A stretch of 64,000 nt of DNA from an uncultured delta proteobacterium (GTDB lineage Bacteria; Myxococcota; Kuafuiibacteriia; Kuafuiibacteriales; Kuafuiibacteriaceae), in contig CAWDML010000005.1 in assembly GCA_963803435.1 (NCBI GenBank), positions 64,001-128,000 on the forward strand, read 5' to 3'. Position 1 is the first letter of the stretch. Each line of letters begins with the position of its first letter. A model generated the notes under the pieces. It saw nothing but the letters and a program-made list of their open reading frames with translations, made no database searches and had not been told where the DNA came from. Made by a program: the position numbers and the translations under genes. Positions 49,806 to 59,832 of this stretch are shown piece after piece.

Positions 49806-51206
49806 ATGACTCCCGAGGAATTCCGTCACGCCGGGTATCGAACGATCGATTGGATCGCCGACTATCTCCAGCAGGTCGAGAAGTATCCGGTCCGCTCGCG
49901 CGTCGCGCCGGGTGAGGTGCGCGGACAGCTCCCCCCGCATGCGCCGGAGCAGGGCGAGGCGTACGACGCGATCCTCGGCGATCTCGAGCGCGTCATCCTT
50001 CCCGGCGTGACGCACTGGCAGTCGCCGAGCTTCTTCGCCTACTTCCCCGCGAACGCCTCGCCGCCCGCCATCCTCGGCGAGCTGGTCGCCGCGGGTCTCG
50101 GCGTGCAAGGCATGATCTGGGCGACCAGCCCCGCGTGCACCGAGCTCGAGACGCACGTGCTCGACTGGCTCGTCGAGCTGCTCGCGCTGCCCGCGCGATT
50201 CGCCTCGAGCGGCGCCGGCGGCGGCGTCATCCAGGACACAGCCTCCAGCTCGACGCTGTGCGCGATGCTCGCCGCCCGCGAGCGCGCGACCGGCTTCGAG
50301 ACCAACGAGGGCGGCGTCGATCGCACGCTGACGGCCTACACCTCGGATCAAGCTCACTCCTCGGTGGAGAAGGCCGCCGGCATCGCGGGCATCGGCCGGC
50401 GGCAGCTCCGCCAGATCCCGGTGGATCGGGCCTACGCCATGGACCCCGTCGCCCTGGCCCAGGCGATCGCCGACGACCGGCGCGCGGGCCGCTTGCCCTT
50501 CTTCGTCAGCGCCACCGTGGGCACCACCTCGTCGACCGCGATCGATCCGATCCCCGCGATCGCCGAGATCTGCCGCCGCGAGGGCGTGTGGCTCCACGTC
50601 GACGCCGCACACGCCGGCAGCGCCGCGATCTGTCCCGAGCTCCGCTGGATCCACGACGGCCTGGAGCATGCCGACAGCTTCACGTTCAACCCCCACAAGT
50701 GGCTGCTCACGAACTTCGACTGCAACTGCTTCTACGTCGCCGACCGCGCCGCGCTGATTCGAACGCTCACCGTGCTCCCCGAGTACCTGAAGAACAGCGC
50801 GACCGCGTCGGGCGCGGTCTTCGATTATCGCGACTGGCACATCCCGCTCGGCCGCCGCTTCCGCGCGCTCAAGCTCTGGTTCGTGATCCGACACTACGGC
50901 GCCGAAGGCCTGCGTGCGCACATCCGCCGGCACGTCGCGCTGGCGCAGGCGCTCGCCGGCTGGATCGCTGCCGATCCTCACTTCGAGCTGGCGGCCCCCG
51001 CCCCGCTCAACCTCGTCTGCTTCCGGCACGTCGGCGGCGACTCAGATACGCAGCGGATCCTCGAGCAGCTCAACGACGGCGGAGAGATCTACCTGACGCA
51101 CACCAAGCTCGACGGCCGGGTGGTGCTGCGGATGGCCGTGGGCGGCGCGTCCACCGAGCGCCGCCACGTCGAGCGGGCCTGGGCGCTGATCCAGTCGCTC
51201 GCCTGA
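49806..51206 (+). CDS. PLP-dependent aromatic-L-amino-acid decarboxylase (group II)
   Basis: THWQSPSFFAYFP, SPACTELE, SDQAHSS, HVDAA, NPHKW, PLGRRFRALKLW. Confidence 0.92.
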   Translation: MTPEEFRHAGYRTIDWIADYLQQVEKYPVRSRVAPGEVRGQLPPHAPEQGEAYDAILGDLERVILPGVTHWQSPSFFAYFPANASPPAILGELVAAGLGVQGMIWATSPACTELETHVLDWLVELLALPARFASSGAGGGVIQDTASSSTLCAMLAARERATGFETNEGGVDRTLTAYTSDQAHSSVEKAAGIAGIGRRQLRQIPVDRAYAMDPVALAQAIADDRRAGRLPFFVSATVGTTSSTAIDPIPAIAEICRREGVWLHVDAAHAGSAAICPELRWIHDGLEHADSFTFNPHKWLLTNFDCNCFYVADRAALIRTLTVLPEYLKNSATASGAVFDYRDWHIPLGRRFRALKLWFVIRHYGAEGLRAHIRRHVALAQALAGWIAADPHFELAAPAPLNLVCFRHVGGDSDTQRILEQLNDGGEIYLTHTKLDGRVVLRMAVGGASTERRHVERAWALIQSLA

Positions 51207-51268
51207 GGACGGCGGACTGTAACCTCGGAGTAAGAGCCCGCCAGGCGACAGTCTGCGAGACTCTCTCC

Positions 51269-51613
51269 ATGGCCATCGACGCCCTCGCCCGCAGCATCGC
51301 CCAGCTCGGCCCGCGCACGCAGCGCGTGGGAGGCCGCATCGCGGTCCTCGTCACCGACGCCCAGGCCGCGTGCGTGGTGGATCTGTCGGTGGCCGGCGGC
51401 CGCTGGACCGAGGGCGTCGCCGACGACGCCGACTGCGCGATCGTGGGGACCCGCCGCGCTCTGCGGGCGTTTGGCGATCCGGAGGCCTTCCGCGCTGCGC
51501 TCGACGGCGGCGAGCTCGCGGTGCTGGGCGCCGTGGACAAGCTGCAGGCGCTGGTCCGGATGATCGAGGCGGGTCCGGGCTGGGCCCGCGAGTTGCGCGC
51601 GGCTGCGGCCTAG
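51269..51613 (+). CDS. SCP2 sterol-carrier-like protein
   Basis: VVDLS..GG.W.EG..DDADCAI...DPEAF.AAL..GELAV.G pattern. Its TAG stop is the CTAG flanking copy 4. Confidence 0.6.
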   Translation: MAIDALARSIAQLGPRTQRVGGRIAVLVTDAQAACVVDLSVAGGRWTEGVADDADCAIVGTRRALRAFGDPEAFRAALDGGELAVLGAVDKLQALVRMIEAGPGWARELRAAAA

Positions 51614-51683
51614 GAGCGTGTAGCGCGTAGCGCTACCGCGAGCCCGGTCCGGGTCCCGGTCCCGGTCCCGGTCCCGATGGCGA

Positions 51684-52032
51684 TCATGCAGCCCGGCGTG
51701 CGTTCATCGACTTGATGAGGCGCGTGGAGCTTGGCTCTGGCGGCTTGGACCTTCTGCTCGTTGGCGAGTCGGCGCCTCAAGCAGGTGTGGAGTGAGGCGG
51801 CGCTTTCGGTGCCAGAGCGAAGTGCCATCCGGTAGAAGCGAGCCTTCTCAGGTGGATTGAACTCTCCGGCGCCCTCGGCGGTGTCGTTCACGATGGAATC
51901 GGATGCCCGCCGAAGCTGATCGCGGACGTGAGCGTGACCGGGTTGCAGTTCTTGTGCGATCTCTTCAGCGATGTCGGCCTACTCGACGGCGAGCTGGTAG
52001 ACCTCGAGCTTCTCGTGATCGAAAGTGATCAT
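51684..52032 (-). pseudogene. Four-helix-bundle gene with the same in-frame TAG plus a 20-bp deletion
   Basis: MITFDHEKLEVYQLAVE* (TAG at 51979-51981). AGCATCTCGACAACGCGCTT is missing at ~51726 relative to copy 3. Confidence 0.85.
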
Positions 52033-52151
52033 GCAAGCTAGCTTGCGGTAGCTCGTCCACTTTGACCAGCAGAAGGTCTTGGAGGTCGTTTCGTCTGGAA
52101 TCGATCGTTGGGCGGATCGACTTCGACGCCTGGACTTGATCCCATGGTTTC

Positions 52152-52802
52152 GTGGCGAAGCAATACCGTTCTTGGACTCCGAGACAATCGTTCTTGCTCC
52201 CGCCGTCCCCTCTCGAGTGGCTCCCAGAAAATCATCTCGCGTACTTCGTCTTGGACGTCGTCGATGAGGTAGAGCTGAGCGCGATCGAGATCTCGATCCA
52301 GTCCAAGGACCCGCGAGGCGAGCGACCGTACTCGCCTCGAATGATGATCGCGCTGCTTCTGTACGCCTACTGCACCGGCATTTATTCGTCGCGGAGGATC
52401 GCGCGGGCGACCTACGAAGACATTCCATTCCGGGTGCTGGCTGGAGAAAGTCATCCCCACTTCACGACGATCAACGAGTTTCGGCTCGTCCACCTGGAGG
52501 CACTGAAAGCGCTCTTCCTCGAAGTCCTGAAGCTTTGCCAGAAAGCAGGTTTGGTGCGGCTCGGACACGTCGCACTCGATGGCTCGAAGGTGCAGGCGAA
52601 CGCGAGCAAGCACAAGGCGATGACCTACGAGCGGATGGCCGAGGAGGAGAAGCGGCTGTCTCTCGAGATCGAAGAACTGCTGGAGCGAGCGCGCACGATC
52701 GACCAAGAGGAAGACGAGCGGCTGGGCGTTGAAGAGACTGAAGAGGACATCCCAGCGGAGCTCGCTCGCCGTGAATCCCGCCTTGCCCGCATTCGAGAAG
52801 CG
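52152..52802 (+). pseudogene. IS1182-family transposase N-terminal half (DUF772 + first catalytic Asp)
   Basis: YSPRMMIALLLYAYCTGIYSSRRIAR, PHFTTINEFR, VALDGSKVQANASKHKAM; truncated directly into the right end. Confidence 0.9.
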
Positions 52803-52884
52803 AGGCAGCCATCTTCAGATCGGGACCCGGACCGGGACCGGGACCCGGACCCGGGTCGCGTGAGCGCTTACGCGCTACACGCTC

Positions 52885-54183
52885 CTAGCCGAGCTGCTCC
52901 GTGAGCTTTCGGAGCACGGCGCGGGCCGCCGACACCTGCGCCTTCGAAGCGCCCCCCACCGCGGCGAAGGACATCCGGGGGGCCGCCAGGTACTTCCGGG
53001 CCGCCCGCATCACCTGCTGGCCGTTCACGCCCATGAGCTGTGCGAGCCGCGCTTCGGGGCGGATGGGTTCGTGCCAGAGTTGGTGCGCGCCGAACCAGTG
53101 GCTGAGGTCCATCGGCGAGTCGAGGCCGAACTCGACGCCGAAGCGGGCGCGGCGGCGGACCCGATCGATCTCGTCCTCGCCGACACCCTCGTTCCGAACC
53201 TCGAGCAGGACACGTCCCAGCTCCTCGAGCGCGTAAGGGAGCTTCTTGTGGGCGACCGCCAGCTCGAAGTCGAGGAGCGCGCAGTCCGAGTACGAGTCGA
53301 GGCTCGCACCGACCTCGTAGACGATGCCCCGCTTCTCCACGAGCTCGACCTGGAGGCGAGCCGAGAGGCCGCCGTCGAGGACGCGGCGCAGGAGGATCAG
53401 GGCCGGGAAGTCGTCGTGCGACTCGGGATCGACGCGGAACGTGAGCCGCGCGCGTGTCTGGGCGTCGTCGGAGTAGACGAAGCGCGTCGACATGCGTCCG
53501 AGGAGCCGGGGCCGGGGGCCCTCGGCCGCGCGGCGTCCGGTGAACAGCTTGCCGAAGCTCTTCTTCGCGAAGCGGCGGCAGGCCGCGGGAGAGATCCGGC
53601 CTGCGAAGCAGAGCACGCTGTTGTTCGCGCCGTAGAAGCGGCCCCTGTGATCCTTCAGATCCCGCTCGGTGAAGCGCTTCAGGTTGCGCTTGGGCCCGTC
53701 GATCGACTGCGCCAGCGGATGATCACCGAACGCGCCGCGATGCGCGATGGTGTCGAGCTCGATCTCGCGGCCGCGCTCGTCGAGGGCGTCGAGGACCTCC
53801 TCGAGGATGATCGACCGCTCGATCTCCATCTCGGTGAAGTGCGGCGCGACAAACATGCGGCCCAGCAGATCCGTCGCGTCGCCGACGTAGTCGGGATGCA
53901 CGGTCGACTGGAACGCGGAGTAGTCGCGGGTGGTGTACCCGTCGAGGTGACCGCCGAGGTCCTCCATCGCCGCATTGAGCGCCGTGGAGTCCGGGAAGCC
54001 GTCGCAACCGCGAAAGAACATGTGCTCGAGGAAATGGGACAGGCCGTTCGTCTCCTGGGTCTCGTGCCGGCTGCCGACGCGCACATACACGGAAATGCTC
54101 GTAGAATGGAGGTGCGGCATCGACACGGTCACGACGGTGAGACCGTTGTCGAGGCGGGTGATCGCGCTGGTGTACTCCGACAC
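52885..54183 (-). CDS. M16 (pitrilysin) family zinc peptidase
   Basis: LDNGLTV, GSRHE, GLSHFLEHMFFRG inverted zinc motif, GGLSARL. Confidence 0.92.
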   Translation of the reverse strand: MSEYTSAITRLDNGLTVVTVSMPHLHSTSISVYVRVGSRHETQETNGLSHFLEHMFFRGCDGFPDSTALNAAMEDLGGHLDGYTTRDYSAFQSTVHPDYVGDATDLLGRMFVAPHFTEMEIERSIILEEVLDALDERGREIELDTIAHRGAFGDHPLAQSIDGPKRNLKRFTERDLKDHRGRFYGANNSVLCFAGRISPAACRRFAKKSFGKLFTGRRAAEGPRPRLLGRMSTRFVYSDDAQTRARLTFRVDPESHDDFPALILLRRVLDGGLSARLQVELVEKRGIVYEVGASLDSYSDCALLDFELAVAHKKLPYALEELGRVLLEVRNEGVGEDEIDRVRRRARFGVEFGLDSPMDLSHWFGAHQLWHEPIRPEARLAQLMGVNGQQVMRAARKYLAAPRMSFAAVGGASKAQVSAARAVLRKLTEQLG

Positions 54184-54233
54184 GTGGGATAATTTGCCAA
54201 GCCGGGTGCCCCCATGGCCAGGATAGAAGACTG

Positions 54234-55922
54234 ATGCTCCGGGAAGCGGCGAAAGACCTGAACCGCCTGAGGCGGATCACCCAGACCATCGGGAAGTACG
54301 GGTACCACGAGCTGGTCAAGCGCTCGCCGGACCTCCCCAAGGAGCTGCAGACCGACGACTTCGGCCTGCCGGACCCGAAGGCCCCGCCCGCGGGCCCGCA
54401 TCGCTTCCGGGTGATGCTGGAGGAGCTCGGGCCCACGTTCATCAAGTTCGGTCAGGTGCTGTCGACCCGCCCCGACCTGATCCCGAAGGCCTACGTCGAC
54501 GAGCTCCGGACGCTTCAGGACGAGTGCGAGCCGCTGCCGTTCGAGAAGATCAAGGAGGCCCTCGAGGAGGGACTCCCCGCGGATCCCGACCAGCTGTTCC
54601 GCGAGATCGATCCGGTGCCGCTGGCGACCGCGTCGATCGCGCAGGTTCACCGCGCCGTCACGCTCTCGGGCAAGCAGGTCGTCGTCAAGGTCCAGCGGCC
54701 CGGGATCGCGGAGCAGATCCGAACGGACATCGACATCCTGTATCGCATCGGCCGCTTCCTGCACGCGATCCTCGAGGAGTCGGCGATGGCGGAGCCCGTC
54801 GGGATCGTGCGCGAGTTCGAGAAGGCGCTCGATCAGGAGCTCAACTTCCATCACGAGGCCCAGAACATCCGGGAGTTCGCGAGGACTCACCTGATGCGGA
54901 AGGACGTGGTCGTCCCGAAGGTCCACGAGGATCTCTCGAGCATGACCGTGCTGACGATGGACTACCTGGCGGGGGTTCCGTTCTCGCGGCTACCGAAGGA
55001 CGTCGATCGGAAGGCGATCGCCTCCCGGATTATCCGCGAAGCGTTCGACGAGGTCTTCATCGACGGCGTCTTCCATGCGGATCCCCACCCGGGCAACCTG
55101 ATGCTCCTCGACGACGGGCGGTACGGCATCCTCGACTTCGGGCTGCTGGGACGGCTGTCGCCGCAGATGCAGGAGACGCTGGTCGTCCTGGCGCTCGCCG
55201 TCGCGGTCCGGGACGCCGATACGGTGGCGCGGACGCTCTATCGCCTCGGTCAGGCCGACGAGCGCGTCTCGCTGGCCGAGGTCCGCGACGATACGCGGCT
55301 GGTCCTGGATCGCTACCTCGACAAGAGCATCAAGGAGCTGGACTCCACGCTTCTGCTTCAGGAACTGCTGGGCCTGGGCATGAAGCACCGGCTGCGCATT
55401 CCGGCCGAGTACACGATGCTCGGTCGCGCGGGCGCCACGATCGAGGGCATCGTGCGCGAGCTCGATCCCGACATCGACGTGGCGGCGGTGGCGAGGCCGT
55501 ACGCCGAGCGGTTGCTGATGGGGCGCGTTGGGCCGGACAGCATGGAGGGCGGGCTGTACAAGGCGCTGCTCCAGTTCCAGGGCCTGTCGCAGGACATGCC
55601 GCTGCAGCTGAGTCAGATCCTCTCGGACCTCTCGAGCGGCAAGTTCCGCATCGACGTGCACGGACGCCTGGTGGAGAAGCTCATCTCCACGATCCTGATG
55701 GCGGCCGCCACGGTCTCGGGGGCGATCCTCGGCGGTGCGTTCGTCATCGGCTCGTTCATCGGCCTGGCGAAGCTGGACTGGGAGATCTTCGGGATCCCGA
55801 TCGTGGGCGTCTTCGGAGCGGTGATCGGCACCATCATCTTCTTCTGGGTGATCGCGTACACGGTGCTGCGACCTCGGATGAAGAAGATCAGCCTGGTCCG
55901 CATGTTCATGCGCCGCCGTTGA
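54234..55922 (+). CDS. ABC1/UbiB/AarF-family atypical kinase
   Basis: LGPTFIKFGQVLSTRPDL, ASIAQVHRA, VKVQRP, FHADPHPGN, LDFG; two C-terminal TMs. Confidence 0.93.
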   Translation: MLREAAKDLNRLRRITQTIGKYGYHELVKRSPDLPKELQTDDFGLPDPKAPPAGPHRFRVMLEELGPTFIKFGQVLSTRPDLIPKAYVDELRTLQDECEPLPFEKIKEALEEGLPADPDQLFREIDPVPLATASIAQVHRAVTLSGKQVVVKVQRPGIAEQIRTDIDILYRIGRFLHAILEESAMAEPVGIVREFEKALDQELNFHHEAQNIREFARTHLMRKDVVVPKVHEDLSSMTVLTMDYLAGVPFSRLPKDVDRKAIASRIIREAFDEVFIDGVFHADPHPGNLMLLDDGRYGILDFGLLGRLSPQMQETLVVLALAVAVRDADTVARTLYRLGQADERVSLAEVRDDTRLVLDRYLDKSIKELDSTLLLQELLGLGMKHRLRIPAEYTMLGRAGATIEGIVRELDPDIDVAAVARPYAERLLMGRVGPDSMEGGLYKALLQFQGLSQDMPLQLSQILSDLSSGKFRIDVHGRLVEKLISTILMAAATVSGAILGGAFVIGSFIGLAKLDWEIFGIPIVGVFGAVIGTIIFFWVIAYTVLRPRMKKISLVRMFMRRR

Positions 55923-55990
55923 GCGAAGGAAGCATCGCGGGCTGCCGGACGTTTATCTCTGCGCGCGCCGTGAAGATGAAGAGGTACCGG

Positions 55991-56332
55991 ATGAAGAAGC
56001 TGGTCGCGCTGCTGATCGTTCTCCTGGCCGTCGAGACCTATGGAGTCTACGGCCGCCATCAGGCCGATCGCATCATGTACACGTGCGAGATGGAGGTCGG
56101 ACCGCTGTGCTTCTCCTGGAAGGAGAACGCGCTGGGGAAGCTGCTGAGCGGCGATCAGGCCGCAGCGCTGGAAGAGAAGCTCGACAAGGCGAGGAAGGCA
56201 TTCGAGGAGGACTTCGTGGACAAGCTTGCCCAGGGCGCGAAGAAGAAGAACGGCATCGAAGCTGCGCTCGACCAAGTCCGATCCAAGCTCCGCGAGGCGG
56301 GTGAAGCCATGAAGGACGCCTTCGAGGAGTGA
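55991..56332 (+). CDS. Small exported/membrane hypothetical protein
   Basis: MKKLVALLIVLLAV N-terminus, Cys pair, helical tail. Confidence 0.6.
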   Translation: MKKLVALLIVLLAVETYGVYGRHQADRIMYTCEMEVGPLCFSWKENALGKLLSGDQAAALEEKLDKARKAFEEDFVDKLAQGAKKKNGIEAALDQVRSKLREAGEAMKDAFEE

Positions 56333-56384
56333 CCGGGCTGTTAGCCACCCCGAGGGGGAGGGTGCCAAAAACCGCGCAGAAGAC

Positions 56385-56507
56385 CCCAGTAAGCACGGAA
56401 GATCAATCATTTTTTCCGTCCGCCGATGTCTGCAGCCCCGTGGACGTCTCTAAGTCCAAGAAATTATTAGGAAACCGATTTGCTGCCCGGTCGATAAGTT
56501 TCTTAGG
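56385..56507 (+). promoter_or_regulatory. AT-rich upstream region, probable promoter/protein-binding site
   Basis: Unusually AT-rich tract with repeated TAAG and TTAGGA motifs directly upstream of the gene at 56508. Confidence 0.35.
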
Positions 56508-57134
56508 ATGAAGAGCGAGATGACGGAAAAGATCCTCACCCACGCAAGCCTGGAGGCGTTCTTTGAAACGCTGCTCCGGGAGGCCATGGCCGTCGAACGC
56601 ATCGAGCTCTGCGGGGAAAGCTTCGTCTACGTCACGAACCTCTTCACCGACTTCGCGACCCATCAAGGTCTCCACGGCCGCCAGCGGGCCGGGGAGCGCG
56701 GGACCCCTGCGCTGGTCTGGCTCTACGAGGAGGCGCAGACCGCGAGCGATCGCGGCCGACGCTTCGACGCCTATCGCCGCCTCGGAGACGTCTCGTTGAT
56801 CGTGAGCGGGTTCTTCACCCCGCACGTCGAGCGCAAGCGTTCGCTGGTCGGGGTCGACTACTACGTTCAGATGGGAACCGCCGCCTATCACGCCGCCGCA
56901 TCGCTCGCGCATCGCAGCGGTTTCTCGCAGCTCTTGTCCGAGCTCTCGGCCAAGTTCGAGCGGCTCGTCGAAGTGCTCACGCGCATCGCCGAGCGGACGA
57001 CGCTGCCGGTGGCCCGCAATCTCCGCGCGCTCTACGAGCGGATGATGCGCAACCCACAGAGCCTCGATCTGCGCGCTCGCTTGCTCAGCCAGGGTCTCGC
57101 TCCCGTGTTTGCGACGAGCGAGGCGAAGGCTTGA
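56508..57134 (+). CDS. Conserved-looking hypothetical protein
   Basis: All-helical with motif YRRLGDVSLIVSGFF...YYVQMG..AY; coupled to the next gene. Confidence 0.7.
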   Translation: MKSEMTEKILTHASLEAFFETLLREAMAVERIELCGESFVYVTNLFTDFATHQGLHGRQRAGERGTPALVWLYEEAQTASDRGRRFDAYRRLGDVSLIVSGFFTPHVERKRSLVGVDYYVQMGTAAYHAAASLAHRSGFSQLLSELSAKFERLVEVLTRIAERTTLPVARNLRALYERMMRNPQSLDLRARLLSQGLAPVFATSEAKA

Positions 57135-57754
57135 TGGTCACTCGAGAGCTCCAGGGTCTGATCGAGACGCTCTATCGACTCGACGGTTCGCTGTCCGTCG
57201 CCGACTATCACATCGACGGAAGCACGCTCGACGTCCTCCTCGGCGCCGGCGCCACCAGCGCGCACCGCGAGCTGCTCGTGGTGCACCACGACGGCGAGTA
57301 CACCGACCTGGCCCTCTACATCGCCGACGAGGTGCTGGTCCGCGCGCGTACGTTCCTGGAGGACCGCGGCGACCTCGACGCGTTCTGTGCCGCCACCGAG
57401 GGCGTATCGCACTTCGTCTACTTCACCTTCTGCGGCGAACGGCTGGACCGGCCGGTCTCTCAGATCGAGCTCGAGCTCCAGGCCGAGATCGACAAGTTCC
57501 TCGTGGTTCGCCTGTTCGCGCCCGTGGGGGAGGACCTGATCCCCAGGCTATTCGAGCAGATCCGCCTCGCCGATCGGCTGACCCCCTCGGAGCAGGAGCG
57601 ATATGTGGTCGCCAACCGCGCCGGCCGCCGGTATGCCCGGTGGCTGGACCGACAGATCGTCCGGGGGCGCGCGGCCTTCGCCATCGAGGACGCGCGGGCC
57701 CTGTATCGTAAGCCGCTCTCTGCGAAGCTCGACCACATTGCTCGGGCGGCTTGA
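57131..57754 (+). CDS. Hypothetical protein with ExxSH / ELELQAEIDK possible metal-binding motif
   Basis: EGVSHFVY and ELELQAEIDKF; start overlaps the upstream stop. Confidence 0.7.
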   Translation: MMVTRELQGLIETLYRLDGSLSVADYHIDGSTLDVLLGAGATSAHRELLVVHHDGEYTDLALYIADEVLVRARTFLEDRGDLDAFCAATEGVSHFVYFTFCGERLDRPVSQIELELQAEIDKFLVVRLFAPVGEDLIPRLFEQIRLADRLTPSEQERYVVANRAGRRYARWLDRQIVRGRAAFAIEDARALYRKPLSAKLDHIARAA

Positions 57755-57779
57755 GATCGCGTAGATTCGTCCCTACCGC

Positions 57780-58292
57780 TTGCGCGACATCGTCAAGTCG
57801 TGCCTCTCCCTCGTCGCTGGTGACTACAGGTTCTATCGCGTCTACGCGCTGGACCTGTTGCCTCCGCCCCTCGCGCTACGGGCCTCGCCCGAGGTGGAGT
57901 TCCAGGTCACCGACGAGCGCGCTCCCGAATCCGTGGTGCTGAGCGCGTTGATCGGCGGCGCGCCGGCGGCGACCTGTTGGCTGTGGTGGGGCGAGCGCTA
58001 TCACCGCGAGCGAAACTTTCTTCCGCTCGGTCCGAAGGAGGCGAAGCTGGTCCACATCGAGACCCACGCGACGTTCCGTGGCCGCGGCGTCGCGTCGCAG
58101 CTCCTGGCGTTCGCCGCCATCGACATGCGGATGCGGGGCTTCGAGCGCCTCTACGCCCGGATCTGGCACAACAACGTGCCCTCGATCCGCGCGTTCACGC
58201 AGGTCGGATGGACGTACGATCAGACGGTGCTGGAGCTCGATCCGCTGCGCCTGGGCCGGCGGATGCGGATGAGCATCAGGGGCACGCGCTGA
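57780..58292 (+). CDS. GNAT-family acetyltransferase
   Basis: T...FRGRGVA acetyl-CoA motif; NVPSIRAFTQVGW. Confidence 0.85.
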   Translation: MRDIVKSCLSLVAGDYRFYRVYALDLLPPPLALRASPEVEFQVTDERAPESVVLSALIGGAPAATCWLWWGERYHRERNFLPLGPKEAKLVHIETHATFRGRGVASQLLAFAAIDMRMRGFERLYARIWHNNVPSIRAFTQVGWTYDQTVLELDPLRLGRRMRMSIRGTR

Positions 58293-59832
58293 CCGAGCCC
58301 TCGAGGCGGTTGTTGCCCTTGTCGTCAACGCGAGCGCCGTCGCCGCAGCTCGCGAACGTCGCGAACTTCGATCCCTTGATGCGGGTGCTGCTCGCTTCGA
58401 TGCTGGCCCCGCCGAACGCGGCGCAGCCGTAGGTGACGTTGCCGATCAGGTTGGAGCTCGAGATCCGGACGGACGCCTGGTCGCCTGCGAGCACGCCCGC
58501 CTCCTTGCAGCCCTCGACGCGTGTTCGATCGACGACGACCTTTCCGCCTTGGGCCACCACGCCGCTCCCGTCCACGCAACCCTTGATGACCGAGCGGACC
58601 ACCACCACCGGATCGGCCGCCACGTCCTCGACCAGGATGCCGCCCAGGCGAGGTTTCGTGACGGTGGCGGTGACCGTGCCGCTCGCATCGGCGTGGTAGG
58701 CCACCGCGAACGCGCCCGGGGTGTCGAACCGGGCCGACTCGACGATCACGCGAGCCTCGACGCCGTTGGCGGTGATGGCGTCGTTGCCTTCGCCCTTGGG
58801 CACCGGATCGCCCAAGAAGTGGGTGCCTGCGACCGTGACCACCCCGGAGCCGACCAGGATGCCGCTGGCGCGCCCGTGGCGGATCTCGCCGTCCTCGAAG
58901 CGGACCACCGACTCGGCGACCAGGTGATCGACGACGCTGATGGTGCCCTTCTGCGATCCTTCGATGGTGCAGCGACGGAAGAATGCATCCGCGCCCGAGA
59001 GCCCGATCGTCTGATCGAGCGTCCTCCCGAAGGTGGTGTCGTCGACGCGGATCTTCGCGCGCTGGCCGATCAGCGAGGCCCGGGCGGCGCCGTCGATCTG
59101 CACGTTCTTCGCGATCAGCGTGGCGCCCTGGGTGGCCACGATCGCGTTGCCACCGCCGAGCACCCGCGTGTCGGTGAGCTCGAGCGATCCGCCGCTCAGC
59201 TGGAGCGTGACGGTCGCGCTCTTCTCCAACCGCGAGCGCCGTATGAACGCCTTGGAGGTCTCGAAGCGAAGGACACGCTTGGTCTCGTCGCCTCCGGTGG
59301 CGATGCAGTCTTCGATCGTGACGGTGGCGGTGGTGGCCTGAAGACACGACATCGGACCGCAGGCGAGCTTGACGTGGGCCAGCGAAGCCGAGGAGCGCGT
59401 GAGGGAGAGCGCGTCGTCCTTGAGCCCCGCGGAGATGGTCGCGTTCTTCACCGAGAGGCTCTCGACGAAGTGGGCGGCCAGCCCGCCGCCGATCGAGAGA
59501 TGGTCGAGCGTCACCTCGTTGCCGGTGATGAAGACATGGCCGCGCACGACGACGGCGCCGTCGCCGACGACGGATACGGGCCGATCGATGGCGATACGCT
59601 CCTCGTCGTAGGCACCGCGCAGGAGCACGATGCGCTGCTCGATCCCTCCCAGCGCCTTCGCGAGCGTGCGGTACGGCGTGCGCTCGTTGCCGTCCGCGGC
59701 GTCATCGCCGGTCGGAGAGACGTACGCCGTCGTTCGTGGTCCCGGAGGCGGAGGGACATGCTCGTCGCGCGTCGCACCGACGCAGCCGGTGAGGACGAGC
59801 AGCGAGAGCGCGCGGGCTAAATGTGGAACCAG
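58276..59832 (-). CDS. Lipoprotein with DUF1565-like start and right-handed parallel beta-helix repeats (start uncertain)
   Basis: Lipobox LTGC, YVSPTGDDAADG...PYRTLAKAL, beta-helix repeats. Confidence 0.75.
   Translation of the reverse strand: MVPHLARALSLLVLTGCVGATRDEHVPPPPGPRTTAYVSPTGDDAADGNERTPYRTLAKALGGIEQRIVLLRGAYDEERIAIDRPVSVVGDGAVVVRGHVFITGNEVTLDHLSIGGGLAAHFVESLSVKNATISAGLKDDALSLTRSSASLAHVKLACGPMSCLQATTATVTIEDCIATGGDETKRVLRFETSKAFIRRSRLEKSATVTLQLSGGSLELTDTRVLGGGNAIVATQGATLIAKNVQIDGAARASLIGQRAKIRVDDTTFGRTLDQTIGLSGADAFFRRCTIEGSQKGTISVVDHLVAESVVRFEDGEIRHGRASGILVGSGVVTVAGTHFLGDPVPKGEGNDAITANGVEARVIVESARFDTPGAFAVAYHADASGTVTATVTKPRLGGILVEDVAADPVVVVRSVIKGCVDGSGVVAQGGKVVVDRTRVEGCKEAGVLAGDQASVRISSSNLIGNVTYGCAAFGGASIEASSTRIKGSKFATFASCGDGARVDDKGNNRLEGSVSACP

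Larger units (their letters stand above)
51610..52888 (+). mobile_element. Copy 4 of the IS1182/four-helix-bundle element (1279 bp, transposase 3' half missing)
   Basis: Same TIRs and CTAG flanks; nearly identical to copy 3 over the left ~680 bp. Confidence 0.92.
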
